Origin: a virus
Length of the DNA stretch: 60,525 bases
Virus record (IMG/VR): IMGVR_UViG_3300044764_000010
Location: 1 to 60,525 of that record
Reading direction: 5' to 3' (one strand)
Below the pieces are notes generated by a model that saw nothing but the letters and a program-made list of their open reading frames with translations, did not search any database and had not been told where the DNA came from. The translations under genes were made by a program, and so were the position numbers. This document shows, in pieces, positions 17,173-25,231 of this stretch. Each line of letters starts with the position of its first letter. The first letter of the stretch is position 1.

Positions 17173-17571
17173 TTACGCGGGGACGATTATCCGCGATTCG
17201 GGCTTCTCCTTGCTGTGCTGCCCATCGGCTGTGAGGTACGTCCACTCGCGGCCCATCAAGAGGAACGGCTCCTCGAACGGGTCCTGTGAATCCCAGAGCA
17301 GGTAGCCGCACGGTTGCGACCAGTCCGAGTTGCCGTGCACGGACCGGCCACCGCGCGGCGCCGCGTTGTGCGTGTCCGGGTCCAGGGCCAGGAGGTTGAA
17401 CAGGGCATCTCGGAACGGGTCGTATTTCCGGCCACCCATCCGCTTGGGTAGCCGGTGGTGTGCGGAGAAGGTGGCGGGATTGAGCACGCGGCCGCTCACC
17501 TCGCAGTACCCTCCGCATCGCTCGTATAGCGCTTCCCGAATTTTGTTCCAGTTCGGCTTGGTGACCTTCAC
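17173..17571 (-). CDS. HNH endonuclease
   Basis: GTG after agagagg. Contains CGGYCEVSG...HHRLPKRMGG...LALDPDTHN (HNH core). The upstream part of track ORF 17173-17745 is junk. Confidence 0.8.
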   Translation of the reverse strand: MKVTKPNWNKIREALYERCGGYCEVSGRVLNPATFSAHHRLPKRMGGRKYDPFRDALFNLLALDPDTHNAAPRGGRSVHGNSDWSQPCGYLLWDSQDPFEEPFLLMGREWTYLTADGQHSKEKPESRIIVPA

Positions 17572-17584
17572 GGCGTGGCCTCTC

Positions 17585-17613
17585 TTGTGTCCCCCCGATG
17601 AGGGGGGTAACAT
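17585..17613 (+). promoter_or_regulatory. canonical dyad-spacer promoter (TTGTGT-C6-GATGA-G6-TAACAT), leaderless geometry
   Basis: -10 ends at 17613. ATG at 17621 (+8). No SD. Confidence 0.75.
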
Positions 17614-17620
17614 ACCCCAC

Positions 17621-18181
17621 ATGAACACAGCAAAGCCAGGGGAAGCCGGCAGGGCCCCCACTGCCGAGGAGGTCCTCGAGGCCGAAAAGGTCCTCGCGGC
17701 CGCGGGCAAACTCGTAACCGTCGAACTCTGGGTGCGCAAAGACATCTACACCGCAGCCCTCGAGATGGCAGAGAGCCAGGGTGAACGCCTCGCCGCAGTA
17801 GCTCGCGCCTCGCTGTTCTCTGCAGCCGCCGAGGCTAAGCCGCTCACCGGCTGGATCATCATCCGTGACGAGAAGTGGATCGGAGAAAGAACCTACCCAA
17901 ACAGTGCGGCAGCGATCGCCGCGGGCAACGAGGCGTTCGCCGACGCCGGCGAAGCCTGGTCGGTCTACCCCGTCGATGCGCCCGAGGTAATCGAACTCGG
18001 CGTGCTCAAGCCCAAGCCTCGTCCCTACGGTGAGGAACGAGAGCGGATCCGGTTCAAGGTGCCGGCCGACACCAAGCGGGACGCGACCAAGCGCATCGAA
18101 GAGTCGGGCGAATCCGTCCCCGCTGCGCTCGAGCGCTACCTCCTCAAGTACCTCGAGCACGGCACCATCGCCCACGCGTAA
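17621..18181 (+). CDS. hypothetical protein with C-terminal ribbon-helix-helix-like motif
   Basis: In-frame ATG inside track ORF 17330-18181. The C-terminus IRFKVPADTKRDATKRIEESGESVPAALERYLLKYLE looks CopG/Arc-like. Confidence 0.65.
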   Translation: MNTAKPGEAGRAPTAEEVLEAEKVLAAAGKLVTVELWVRKDIYTAALEMAESQGERLAAVARASLFSAAAEAKPLTGWIIIRDEKWIGERTYPNSAAAIAAGNEAFADAGEAWSVYPVDAPEVIELGVLKPKPRPYGEERERIRFKVPADTKRDATKRIEESGESVPAALERYLLKYLEHGTIAHA

Positions 18182-18193
18182 GAAAGAGTCAAC

Positions 18194-19060
18194 ATGCCTG
18201 CCACGCAAGAATCCGCCATGCCCATTCCCGAGCCCAAGTTGGTCGAGGGCAAGCACATCCTCTACGCCATCTGGCACGTCATGCGCGAGGTGACGGTCAT
18301 CCCGAAATCCGGCCAGTACGAGGGCGGCAAATCGGGCAACTACTCGTTCCGCAAGTACTCCGATGTGGCCCTCGCTCTCGGCGTGGCGTTCCGCAAATAC
18401 GGGGTGTTCGTCCAGTCCGAAACGGTCTCGTCCGATTACGGCACCGACAAAAAGCCGTACCCCTCGGGCAGCGGCTACGTGGAATGGACCTCGGCCCGGC
18501 TCGAGATGCGCTACGTCTTCACGAGCCTGGTCGATGGGTCCGAGCTACACGCCTCCTCGTTCGGCGAGGGCAAGGACAACTCGGACAAGGGCACCGGTAA
18601 GGCGATGACGAACGCAATCAAGTCCGCGCTTACGCAGGCGTTCATGATCCCGACCGATGACCCGGACCCGGATACCGAGCGCCCCGGCGACGACCAGGGC
18701 GACTACAGCCGGCCCACCGGGCAGGGCCGCGGGCCGTCCACCCAGGGCCAGCAACAGCGGCCACCGCAGAACCGGCCGGCCGGACCGCAGCCGCCGGCGG
18801 CACAGCCGGAACTCACGCAGGCCGAACAGCGCCACGCCAACGCACGGTGGTTCGTCCAGGCGATGAATCAGCCCAACGTGGACCTCGCACGGCTCAACGA
18901 GCTCATCGGCTTGGCCAAAGCTAAGGGTCTCCTCGGCTACGAGTATGAGGGCGTCCCGCTGCAGGTCCGTTTCACCGCGGCCGGCGGATTGCTCGGCAAG
19001 CAGGCGACGCCGGCCGCTACCAGTAACGAGTTTCCGCCCGAGCCGGAAGGGCTCTACTGA
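18194..19060 (+). CDS. erf: ERF-family single-strand annealing recombinase
   Basis: 288 aa. GEGKDNSDKGTGKAMTNAIKSALTQAFMIPT matches the ERF core. Gln/Pro-rich tail. Confidence 0.75.
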   Translation: MPATQESAMPIPEPKLVEGKHILYAIWHVMREVTVIPKSGQYEGGKSGNYSFRKYSDVALALGVAFRKYGVFVQSETVSSDYGTDKKPYPSGSGYVEWTSARLEMRYVFTSLVDGSELHASSFGEGKDNSDKGTGKAMTNAIKSALTQAFMIPTDDPDPDTERPGDDQGDYSRPTGQGRGPSTQGQQQRPPQNRPAGPQPPAAQPELTQAEQRHANARWFVQAMNQPNVDLARLNELIGLAKAKGLLGYEYEGVPLQVRFTAAGGLLGKQATPAATSNEFPPEPEGLY

Positions 19061-20373
19061 TGGCTACCGCAATCGAGATGATCGCCGCCCACTGGCCCGA
19101 GCACGTCGACCACACCGTCAGGTTCGGCCCGGCCTCGATGGACCAGGGCGCGGGCGTGCTGTGTGGTTGTGGCGAGGTCCTCGGGTGGCCGGTCGAGGAG
19201 CCGCCCGAGGAGGACGAACCCGACCCCACTCCGCTCGAGCTGCAGCGCCCGAAGTCGGCCCGCGGCCGCGAGGCATTCGACAAGGCGGCCGCCGCGGTGG
19301 CTGCAGCTCGAGCCAAGGCCACGCCGCGCACTGATGACTACGCCGCCGAGGGTCCAAAGACCGGCGCCTACGGCACGTACGAACGCAAGGAGGAGCCCGT
19401 CACCGAGCCGACGCCGGACATCGTGGACGCAGAGGTGGTCGAGGACAACCCGCGGGAACGCCTCGGCGAGTTTGGCGCCGTGCACGAGGACATCCCTGTC
19501 CGCGTGCACGCCGGCGGCATGGTGGGCGACCAGACGGCCAAGGAGTGGCAGGCCGACCAGGTGGCCGCGGGCCACGGACCGGCGCCCGAGGTGCTCACCG
19601 ACCTCGGCGTTGCGGATGAGGCGCAGGCGATGACTCCTCCGATGACCGAGGAGGAGCTCGCCGTCAACCTCGGCATCGCGCCCGAGTCCGAGAAGGAGCT
19701 CGCCGAACACCCGTCTATTTGGTGCGACGCGATGGTGCCGGACGGCCAAGAGTCGATGGACCAATGCTCGGACCGGACCGGACCCGAGTCGCCCGACTTT
19801 CTGTGCAACCAGCACGCCGACTACTCGGGCAGCGGAGCAAGCGGGCAGTACTACGAGAACGGCAAGGTGGTCCCGCTGGACGCGCCGGCTGCAGCTGCGC
19901 CGGCCGAGGGCAAGGCGCTCGCGGTCACCGGTCCCGAGCCCGGCAGCGGCACGCCGATCCTGCCCGTTGACCCGGACTCGCAGGACCCCGTCATGGGGTT
20001 CTTGCCACCGCTCGACCCGACGCAGGTCTACACGCCCAAGGACGTAGAGATCGGGATCCTCGAAATCCTGCGCAAGCTGCAGAACGGCGACTACTTCCTA
20101 CGGGAACAGCTCTCCCGACTGCACAAGGCCGATTACGCGTTGATGATGAAATACGAGCTCAAGGTCTCCACGAGCAACGCGCGTGCGCAGGACCAGCGCA
20201 AGGCCGAGGCGAGGATTGCGTGCGCTCGGGAGATCTACGAACAGACCGAGGCCGACATGCTCGTGCGCGCTACCCGGGATTCGCTTCACTCCCTGCGCTC
20301 GCAGCTCATGGGACTGCAGACCGTAGCCCGCTCGCTCGGCGTTTCCATCGGTGGCCCGAGCTACGGGCCCTGA
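19060..20373 (+). CDS. hypothetical protein (437 aa; acidic disordered middle, helical C-terminus)
   Basis: TGATG overlap. Sits between the erf and ssb genes. Confidence 0.75.
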   Translation: MATAIEMIAAHWPEHVDHTVRFGPASMDQGAGVLCGCGEVLGWPVEEPPEEDEPDPTPLELQRPKSARGREAFDKAAAAVAAARAKATPRTDDYAAEGPKTGAYGTYERKEEPVTEPTPDIVDAEVVEDNPRERLGEFGAVHEDIPVRVHAGGMVGDQTAKEWQADQVAAGHGPAPEVLTDLGVADEAQAMTPPMTEEELAVNLGIAPESEKELAEHPSIWCDAMVPDGQESMDQCSDRTGPESPDFLCNQHADYSGSGASGQYYENGKVVPLDAPAAAAPAEGKALAVTGPEPGSGTPILPVDPDSQDPVMGFLPPLDPTQVYTPKDVEIGILEILRKLQNGDYFLREQLSRLHKADYALMMKYELKVSTSNARAQDQRKAEARIACAREIYEQTEADMLVRATRDSLHSLRSQLMGLQTVARSLGVSIGGPSYGP

Positions 20374-20429
20374 CCAAGAATCCCATCAAATGATGGCCTG
20401 CCCGATCCACCAACAAGGAGAGCAACAGC

Positions 20430-20960
20430 ATGGCAAACGAACCAGTCATCACGATCGTGGGCAACACGGGCAGCGATGCCGAGTTGCGGTTCACCCCGTC
20501 CGGTGCGGCCGTCGCGAACTTCTCGGTGTGCGTGACCCCGCGGACCAAGCAGGGTGACCAGTGGGTGGACGGCGAGCCCACCTGGTACCGGATCAACGCG
20601 TGGCGGCAGATGGCCGAGAACGTCGCCGAGACGATCGTCAAGGGGATGCGCGTCATCGTCCAGGGCCGGTTGAACAACCGGAAGTACGTGACGCCCGAGG
20701 GCGAGACGCGCTACACGCTCGAGATCACCGCGGACGCGTGCGGCCCGGACCTCACGTGGGCAATAGCGCAGGTGAAAAAGGCCGAGCGCTCGGGCGGTGG
20801 CGGGGGCTACAACCAGGGTGGCGGGCAGCAACAGGGCGGGCAGTACCAGGGTGGCGGGCAGCGGCAGCAACAGCAGGCGAATGATGACCCGTGGGGCTCG
20901 GCGCCGTCGCGTGGCGGCAACCAGGGCGGTGGCGGGTTCGCCGACGAACCGCCGTTTTAG
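20430..20960 (+). CDS. ssb: single-stranded DNA-binding protein
   Basis: OB-fold N-terminus (ITIVGNTGSDAELRFTPSGAAVANFSV...WYRINAW), Gly/Gln-rich linker and acidic tip DEPPF. Confidence 0.95.
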   Translation: MANEPVITIVGNTGSDAELRFTPSGAAVANFSVCVTPRTKQGDQWVDGEPTWYRINAWRQMAENVAETIVKGMRVIVQGRLNNRKYVTPEGETRYTLEITADACGPDLTWAIAQVKKAERSGGGGGYNQGGGQQQGGQYQGGGQRQQQQANDDPWGSAPSRGGNQGGGGFADEPPF

Positions 20961-20993
20961 GGATCGCGTGACGATCTGTTACCGCTAGACCTC

Positions 20994-21053
20994 GAGGTGC
21001 ACGGCGTTTGTTACTCCCTGGACGTAACAAACGCTGTGCACCTCGTTTATTTG
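20994..21053 (+). terminator. strong intrinsic terminator
   Basis: 21-bp stem (one G:U pair) followed by gtttatttg. Confidence 0.85.
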
Positions 21054-21082
21054 ATCACGCTAGGTGTGCATAATCGAACGCG

Positions 21083-21115
21083 AACGCCCCCGGGGTCCCC
21101 CTCGCCGGGGGCGTT
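21083..21115 (+). terminator. second hairpin downstream of ssb
   Basis: aacgcccccgg / ccgggggcgtt, 11-bp stem. Confidence 0.5.
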
Positions 21116-21129
21116 GCCATGTCCGGTAC

Positions 21130-21158
21130 TTGTGTCCCCCCGAATTGGGGGGTAAGAT
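21130..21158 (+). promoter_or_regulatory. canonical dyad-spacer promoter (TTGTGT-C6-GAATT-G6-TAAGAT), leaderless geometry
   Basis: -10 ends at 21158. ATG at 21166 (+8). Confidence 0.75.
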
Positions 21159-21165
21159 GATCTGC

Positions 21166-21471
21166 ATGGAGAGCAACACCGAAACGATCGAGACCCCGGC
21201 ACTGACCGGCTGCCCCTCGTTCCTCATCGAACTACGCGAGGTTTTCCCTGACCAGATCGACAGGCTCGGCGATGACTGCGAGTACTGCCAGACCGTCGGG
21301 CAACAGGTCCTCGTCAACCTCTACCTCCCGTACCAGCACGGGACGCCGGAAGGCCACGCCGCGGTACTGCACACGTGCATCCCGTGCATCGGCATCGTCG
21401 TCCTTGACCGGTCCGTGGGGCTCGACTGTGACCGCGTGATCGTGGCCGAGTGGGCGCAGGTGCGGAAATGA
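21166..21471 (+). CDS. hypothetical Cys-rich protein (101 aa)
   Basis: In-frame ATG of track ORF 21064-21471. Confidence 0.7.
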   Translation: MESNTETIETPALTGCPSFLIELREVFPDQIDRLGDDCEYCQTVGQQVLVNLYLPYQHGTPEGHAAVLHTCIPCIGIVVLDRSVGLDCDRVIVAEWAQVRK

Positions 21472-21758
21472 CCAAGCCCAAGAACCGGGTCGAGGTCGAG
21501 ACCCCGCCCATGACTGCCGAGGAATACGCCGAGCTCGCGGCCGCCGCGCGCACGGAGTTCCCGCTCGAGCACGCCGAGGGGATCGAGTCCGCTAAGCGTT
21601 TCCTCAAGGGTGGTGCCGCCTCGTTCCGCAAGCACTCGCTCGCGTTGGCCATCCACCAACTCACCCACCGGAACAGCCGCCACAACAAGAACGGCCTCGG
21701 GCCGCCCGACTACGCCAAGATCCAGGGCTACGCCGACCACCTTGGAGGGTCCAAGTGA
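21468..21758 (+). CDS. hypothetical protein (96 aa)
   Basis: ATGA overlap. MTKPKNRVEVETPPMTAEEYAELAAAART... Confidence 0.7.
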   Translation: MTKPKNRVEVETPPMTAEEYAELAAAARTEFPLEHAEGIESAKRFLKGGAASFRKHSLALAIHQLTHRNSRHNKNGLGPPDYAKIQGYADHLGGSK

Positions 21759-22453
21759 GCACGCCAGAAACCACCACAGACCTCGTATTGCACGACGGGC
21801 GCAAGGTCCCCGCCACGCAGGACCTCGCGCGCCTCCTTCGCTTGGGCCTCAACCAGGTCATCGCCGAGGAACGCGAGGGCAAGACGTTCGAGACGCCTGA
21901 GGACACCTACGCCATGGCTCGCCGGCTCGGCAGCATGGAGGAGGTGGCCAAGCACTACGGCCGGACCTTCACGGGTTTCAGCGGTGACGTACGACTTGCC
22001 CTCGAGGAGGTCCTCGTGGATGCCGTCGGTGAGCAGGATGGCGTACCCACGAGCGGCTACGTCGTGCCGGACATCGACGGTACGGATCTCAAGATCGGGC
22101 TCGACACCTCGAACACGTACAGCGTTGACAAGGACGCGCTCAAGTCTGCGCTCGCATTCGTGATCATGAGCCGGTACGACAACATGATTGCCAGCATGTT
22201 CAAGGCCGAGTTCGAGGGCAAGGGCGACGACGCGCAAACCATGCTCGCCGAGCTCCTCACCGAGGCCATGGAGGAGTACGCCGGACAGGGCAAGTTCGAG
22301 CCGCAGGTCACCAAGGTCCGCGCGACGGCCAAGCTCCTTGCCCGGATCCCCGGGGGCGAGAAGATCAGCGCCATCGTGACCGGCGCGATCAAGAAGACGG
22401 TCAACTACAAGGGCGTCAAGGTTGAGCGCGTCCAGCCCAAGGCCACGAAATGA
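21755..22453 (+). CDS. hypothetical protein (232 aa)
   Basis: GTGA overlap. Normal composition. Confidence 0.75.
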   Translation: MSTPETTTDLVLHDGRKVPATQDLARLLRLGLNQVIAEEREGKTFETPEDTYAMARRLGSMEEVAKHYGRTFTGFSGDVRLALEEVLVDAVGEQDGVPTSGYVVPDIDGTDLKIGLDTSNTYSVDKDALKSALAFVIMSRYDNMIASMFKAEFEGKGDDAQTMLAELLTEAMEEYAGQGKFEPQVTKVRATAKLLARIPGGEKISAIVTGAIKKTVNYKGVKVERVQPKATK

Positions 22454-22617
22454 TGGGCGTCGTGCCGGCCGCGGGACACCTGCGAAACATCGCCGAGAAG
22501 ATCGCCGAGGCGTTCGACATGTGCGCGCCGAGCGACTACGACACGGCCGGCGAAATCGCCGCCCTCGAGGTGGCCAAGTACGTCCGCGAGGAACTCGGGT
22601 TCGAGGTGGACCAGTGA
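22450..22617 (+). CDS. hypothetical small protein (55 aa)
   Basis: Unlisted ORF with ATGA overlap. MMGVVPAAGHLRNIAEKIAEAFDMCAPSDYDTAGEIAALEVAKYVREELGFEVDQ. Confidence 0.5.
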   Translation: MMGVVPAAGHLRNIAEKIAEAFDMCAPSDYDTAGEIAALEVAKYVREELGFEVDQ

Positions 22618-22991
22618 AGCGCTCGGACAAGTTCCTCATCAGCAAGCGGCCGTACGCGGTGGACCTGTCCAGCCTGCGCACCACCAACCGGGCGAGCTAC
22701 TACGACTGCAGGATCACTGCGGTGTGGTTCCGCCGGCGCCGAGGCGACACGGTGGCGTGCATCGGAACGCTCTGGGATTTCCAGGACGAGTTGCCCGCGA
22801 CGGGCATCGAGATGCTCGAGCGCCACGATGACGGTCGGTACGGCGGCAACTGCGCCGGCCGATGGGATGGCACCGGGTATTGGGGAGCCGAGGAGCTGGA
22901 CAAGCAGGCGGCCCACCTCGAGATCCTCAAGCCCATGCTCGAGCACTACCCCGCGACGCCCGAGGGTTTCGATGGGTGGTGGACGTTCTGA
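22614..22991 (+). CDS. hypothetical protein (125 aa)
   Basis: GTGA overlap, in the frame of track ORF 22422-22991. Confidence 0.7.
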   Translation: MKRSDKFLISKRPYAVDLSSLRTTNRASYYDCRITAVWFRRRRGDTVACIGTLWDFQDELPATGIEMLERHDDGRYGGNCAGRWDGTGYWGAEELDKQAAHLEILKPMLEHYPATPEGFDGWWTF

Positions 22992-23206
22992 CCGGCAAGG
23001 CGAAGCGGGATGACTTCACGATCGAGGCGACAGACGTGCGCAAGCGAGTCCTCGAGGTGGTCCTCATGGGCGTACTCGGCGATGGGGAGTTCTCCGATGA
23101 GGAGCAGACCGCCTATCACGAGCTCGCGCATGACGGCCTCGTGCACGGCGAGTTCATTACCGGCCGCGGTCACGCTGCCGCCGAGGCTTGGGGGCTGATC
23201 AAGTGA
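22976..23206 (+). CDS. hypothetical protein (about 76 aa)
   Basis: GTG inside track ORF 22862-23206, overlapping the upstream 3' end. Confidence 0.55.
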   Translation: MVDVLTGKAKRDDFTIEATDVRKRVLEVVLMGVLGDGEFSDEEQTAYHELAHDGLVHGEFITGRGHAAAEAWGLIK

Positions 23207-23373
23207 ACCCGGATTACGAGGCGTGCGATGCGGTGATGGAAGTGATGACCGCGGGCATGATCGTTTCGGACTGGCCCGTGGGCGACACCTACCGGACCGA
23301 GCTCAACAGCTTCACCGTGCACACGCCCGACGGTCGCGCGCTTTCCATCGTCGTAGAGGACGTGACCGGATGA
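23203..23373 (+). CDS. hypothetical small protein (56 aa)
   Basis: GTGA overlap. Confidence 0.55.
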   Translation: MNPDYEACDAVMEVMTAGMIVSDWPVGDTYRTELNSFTVHTPDGRALSIVVEDVTG

Positions 23374-23552
23374 GCCCCGAGGAGCAGGAAGAAAGAATGC
23401 TGCTTGAGCAGGCGATGAACTGCGCCGAGATTGGCAACGCGTCGCACTGGCCAACCGTCGCCGGAATGCTGCGAGACGAGATCCTCGAGTTGCGGGCCCG
23501 GATCGAGTCCCTGCAGCACGCCGCGTTCGACACCAAGGAGAACGGGTCATGA
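23370..23552 (+). CDS. hypothetical small protein (60 aa)
   Basis: ATGA overlap. Helical. Confidence 0.55.
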   Translation: MSPEEQEERMLLEQAMNCAEIGNASHWPTVAGMLRDEILELRARIESLQHAAFDTKENGS

Positions 23553-24085
23553 TCGAAAACCTCACGAAAGCGATGGCCTGCGCCGAGCGGGCCCTCGCGC
23601 TGGTCCGCGATCTCGACCAGGTGCGCGGCCCCGGTGCCCTCGCGCAGGTCAAGGCCGGCGCAGCTCACGAGATGGACTGTGTAGTACAACGGCTCTCAGA
23701 TGCCCTAGATGAGCTTCACACGGCCGCCGCGGGTAACCGGCCCGGATTGGTCCGTGCAGACGCAGGCGCGACCAGCCAGGCGGCCGCGGGGGCTATCGCC
23801 GTGAAGTCGGGTAGCCAGCGTGGCGAGATCCTCAAGGCCCTCGCCACGCGGGACATGACGGATTACGAGCTGCAGGTTGAGCTAGGCATCGACCAGAACA
23901 GCGAGCGGCCCCGGCGCGGCGAGCTCATGCGGTCCGGCTACGTCCGTCCCACCGAGATGACCAAGGAGCATCGAGGCAGCGAGTTCCGGGTCTGGCAGAT
24001 CACCGAGCTCGGGTACGAGGTGGTGGTTTCTCTGTACGGGGTACGGGAAACGCCGCCGCCCATGCCGACACAGAGCCTCTTTTAG
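23549..24085 (+). CDS. winged-helix (MarR-like) DNA-binding protein
   Basis: ATGA overlap. The C-terminus GSQRGEILKALATRDMTDYELQVELGIDQNSERPRRGELMRSGYV looks wHTH-like. Confidence 0.65.
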   Translation: MIENLTKAMACAERALALVRDLDQVRGPGALAQVKAGAAHEMDCVVQRLSDALDELHTAAAGNRPGLVRADAGATSQAAAGAIAVKSGSQRGEILKALATRDMTDYELQVELGIDQNSERPRRGELMRSGYVRPTEMTKEHRGSEFRVWQITELGYEVVVSLYGVRETPPPMPTQSLF

Positions 24086-24243
24086 GTCGGTCCGATGCGG
24101 GGATATGATCGGCCTTCTCGGACGCTCGTAGCGCACCGGGGAGCCGGCTCACACGGCTCGCCCGGCACTTGCCTCTCGCGTCCTAGGCACAGGTCAGGAG
24201 GCGAGAAACCACCGTGAGGCTACGTCCCCCAGAACAGCGAAAC

Positions 24244-24267
24244 GGCGGGTACCCGTAGGTACCCGCC
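24244..24267 (+). terminator. 10-bp stem / tetraloop hairpin inside the 340-bp non-coding gap
   Basis: ggcgggtacc cgta ggtacccgcc. Confidence 0.5.
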
Positions 24268-24377
24268 GCTCGTTGGTCTCTACGTCGCTCATACGACTCG
24301 ACCAGTCCGGGCCATCCTCGTGTCAGGGGGCATCACTTCCCTGGCACGTTCGCACCCCTCGCCAAAGGAGAACAGAC

Positions 24378-24428
24378 GTGATTGTACCAATCGGTACCAG
24401 CAATCGCCGCAAGGCGGCCCATCGATGA
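24378..24428 (+). CDS. candidate 16-codon upstream ORF coupled to the replication initiator gene
   Basis: GTG 7 nt after aaaggag. Encodes VIVPIGTSNRRKAAHR. Its TGA overlaps the initiator ATG (ATGA). Confidence 0.3.
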   Translation: MIVPIGTSNRRKAAHR

Positions 24429-25231
24429 GTGGGATTCGACTTTCCGACGACTGGGGCGATCCCGGCTGGGTGATGGTCCCCCGCGGCATCGTGCGCGACA
24501 CCCGGTTGAGCTTCAAAGCCATGGGCCTCGTGACCTACCTCGCCTCGCACGATTCGGGGTTCCGCATGACGCGCGAGTTCCTCGGGCGCGCGGCCAAGGA
24601 CGGCAAGGAGTCCATTGAGTCGGGATTGCGCGAACTCCGCGTGCTCGGCTACCTCACCGTTGAGCAGGCTCGCGACGACAAGGGCCGCCTCGCAGACGGC
24701 TCGGACTACGTGTTGCACCGTGAGCCCGCCACCCCGGAAACCCGTACGACGGGCACCGTGACCCCGGTTTCCCGGACGCCGGGAAAACCGGATGCCGGAA
24801 AACCCGCGACAAAGAGAGACCATCTTTTAGAGAGAGAACAAAACCAGGATATTCCCGACGCTGCCGCGCCGGACGGGAACCAGGAAGCGTTGATCCCTGC
24901 TCCTCCAAAGCAGGCTTTTGACCAGGCGAATCCGGCCGTCCTCACGGTCAACCAGCGAGCGACTCGGCTAGCCCAAGAGCATTACGAGCGGCTCGGCAAG
25001 ATGGGCAACGTCGCGGCCTTCATGAAGATCATCAAGCAGGCGGTTGTCAGGGACTTCTCGGACGACGCGATCGGCAAGGCCCTCGCCTACATCGCCGAGA
25101 ACAACTGGACGCTCACTGCGGAACGCCTTGCGAACATCCTGCGTGGCGGTCCCAAGCTCCCCTCGCGCTCCCCGCAGGCTGCCGGACGCGTCCAGGCCAC
25201 CACCGCAAACGGAATGAGGATTGAGCGCTGA
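24425..25231 (+). CDS. replication initiator-like wHTH protein (DnaD/replisome-organiser type)
   Basis: N-terminus GWVMVPRGIVRDTRLSFKAMGLVTYLASH...GLRELRVLGYL. Lies directly upstream of the helicase. Confidence 0.55.
   Translation: MSGIRLSDDWGDPGWVMVPRGIVRDTRLSFKAMGLVTYLASHDSGFRMTREFLGRAAKDGKESIESGLRELRVLGYLTVEQARDDKGRLADGSDYVLHREPATPETRTTGTVTPVSRTPGKPDAGKPATKRDHLLEREQNQDIPDAAAPDGNQEALIPAPPKQAFDQANPAVLTVNQRATRLAQEHYERLGKMGNVAAFMKIIKQAVVRDFSDDAIGKALAYIAENNWTLTAERLANILRGGPKLPSRSPQAAGRVQATTANGMRIER

Noticed and set aside
24320-24424. N-terminal extensions offered by the ORF track, for example 24320 for the initiator, 26543 for the endolysin, 13850 for the minor tail gene and 50122 for the portal.
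   Set aside because: The extended parts overlap upstream genes or non-coding hairpins, look compositionally non-coding, and have better RBS-supported internal starts.
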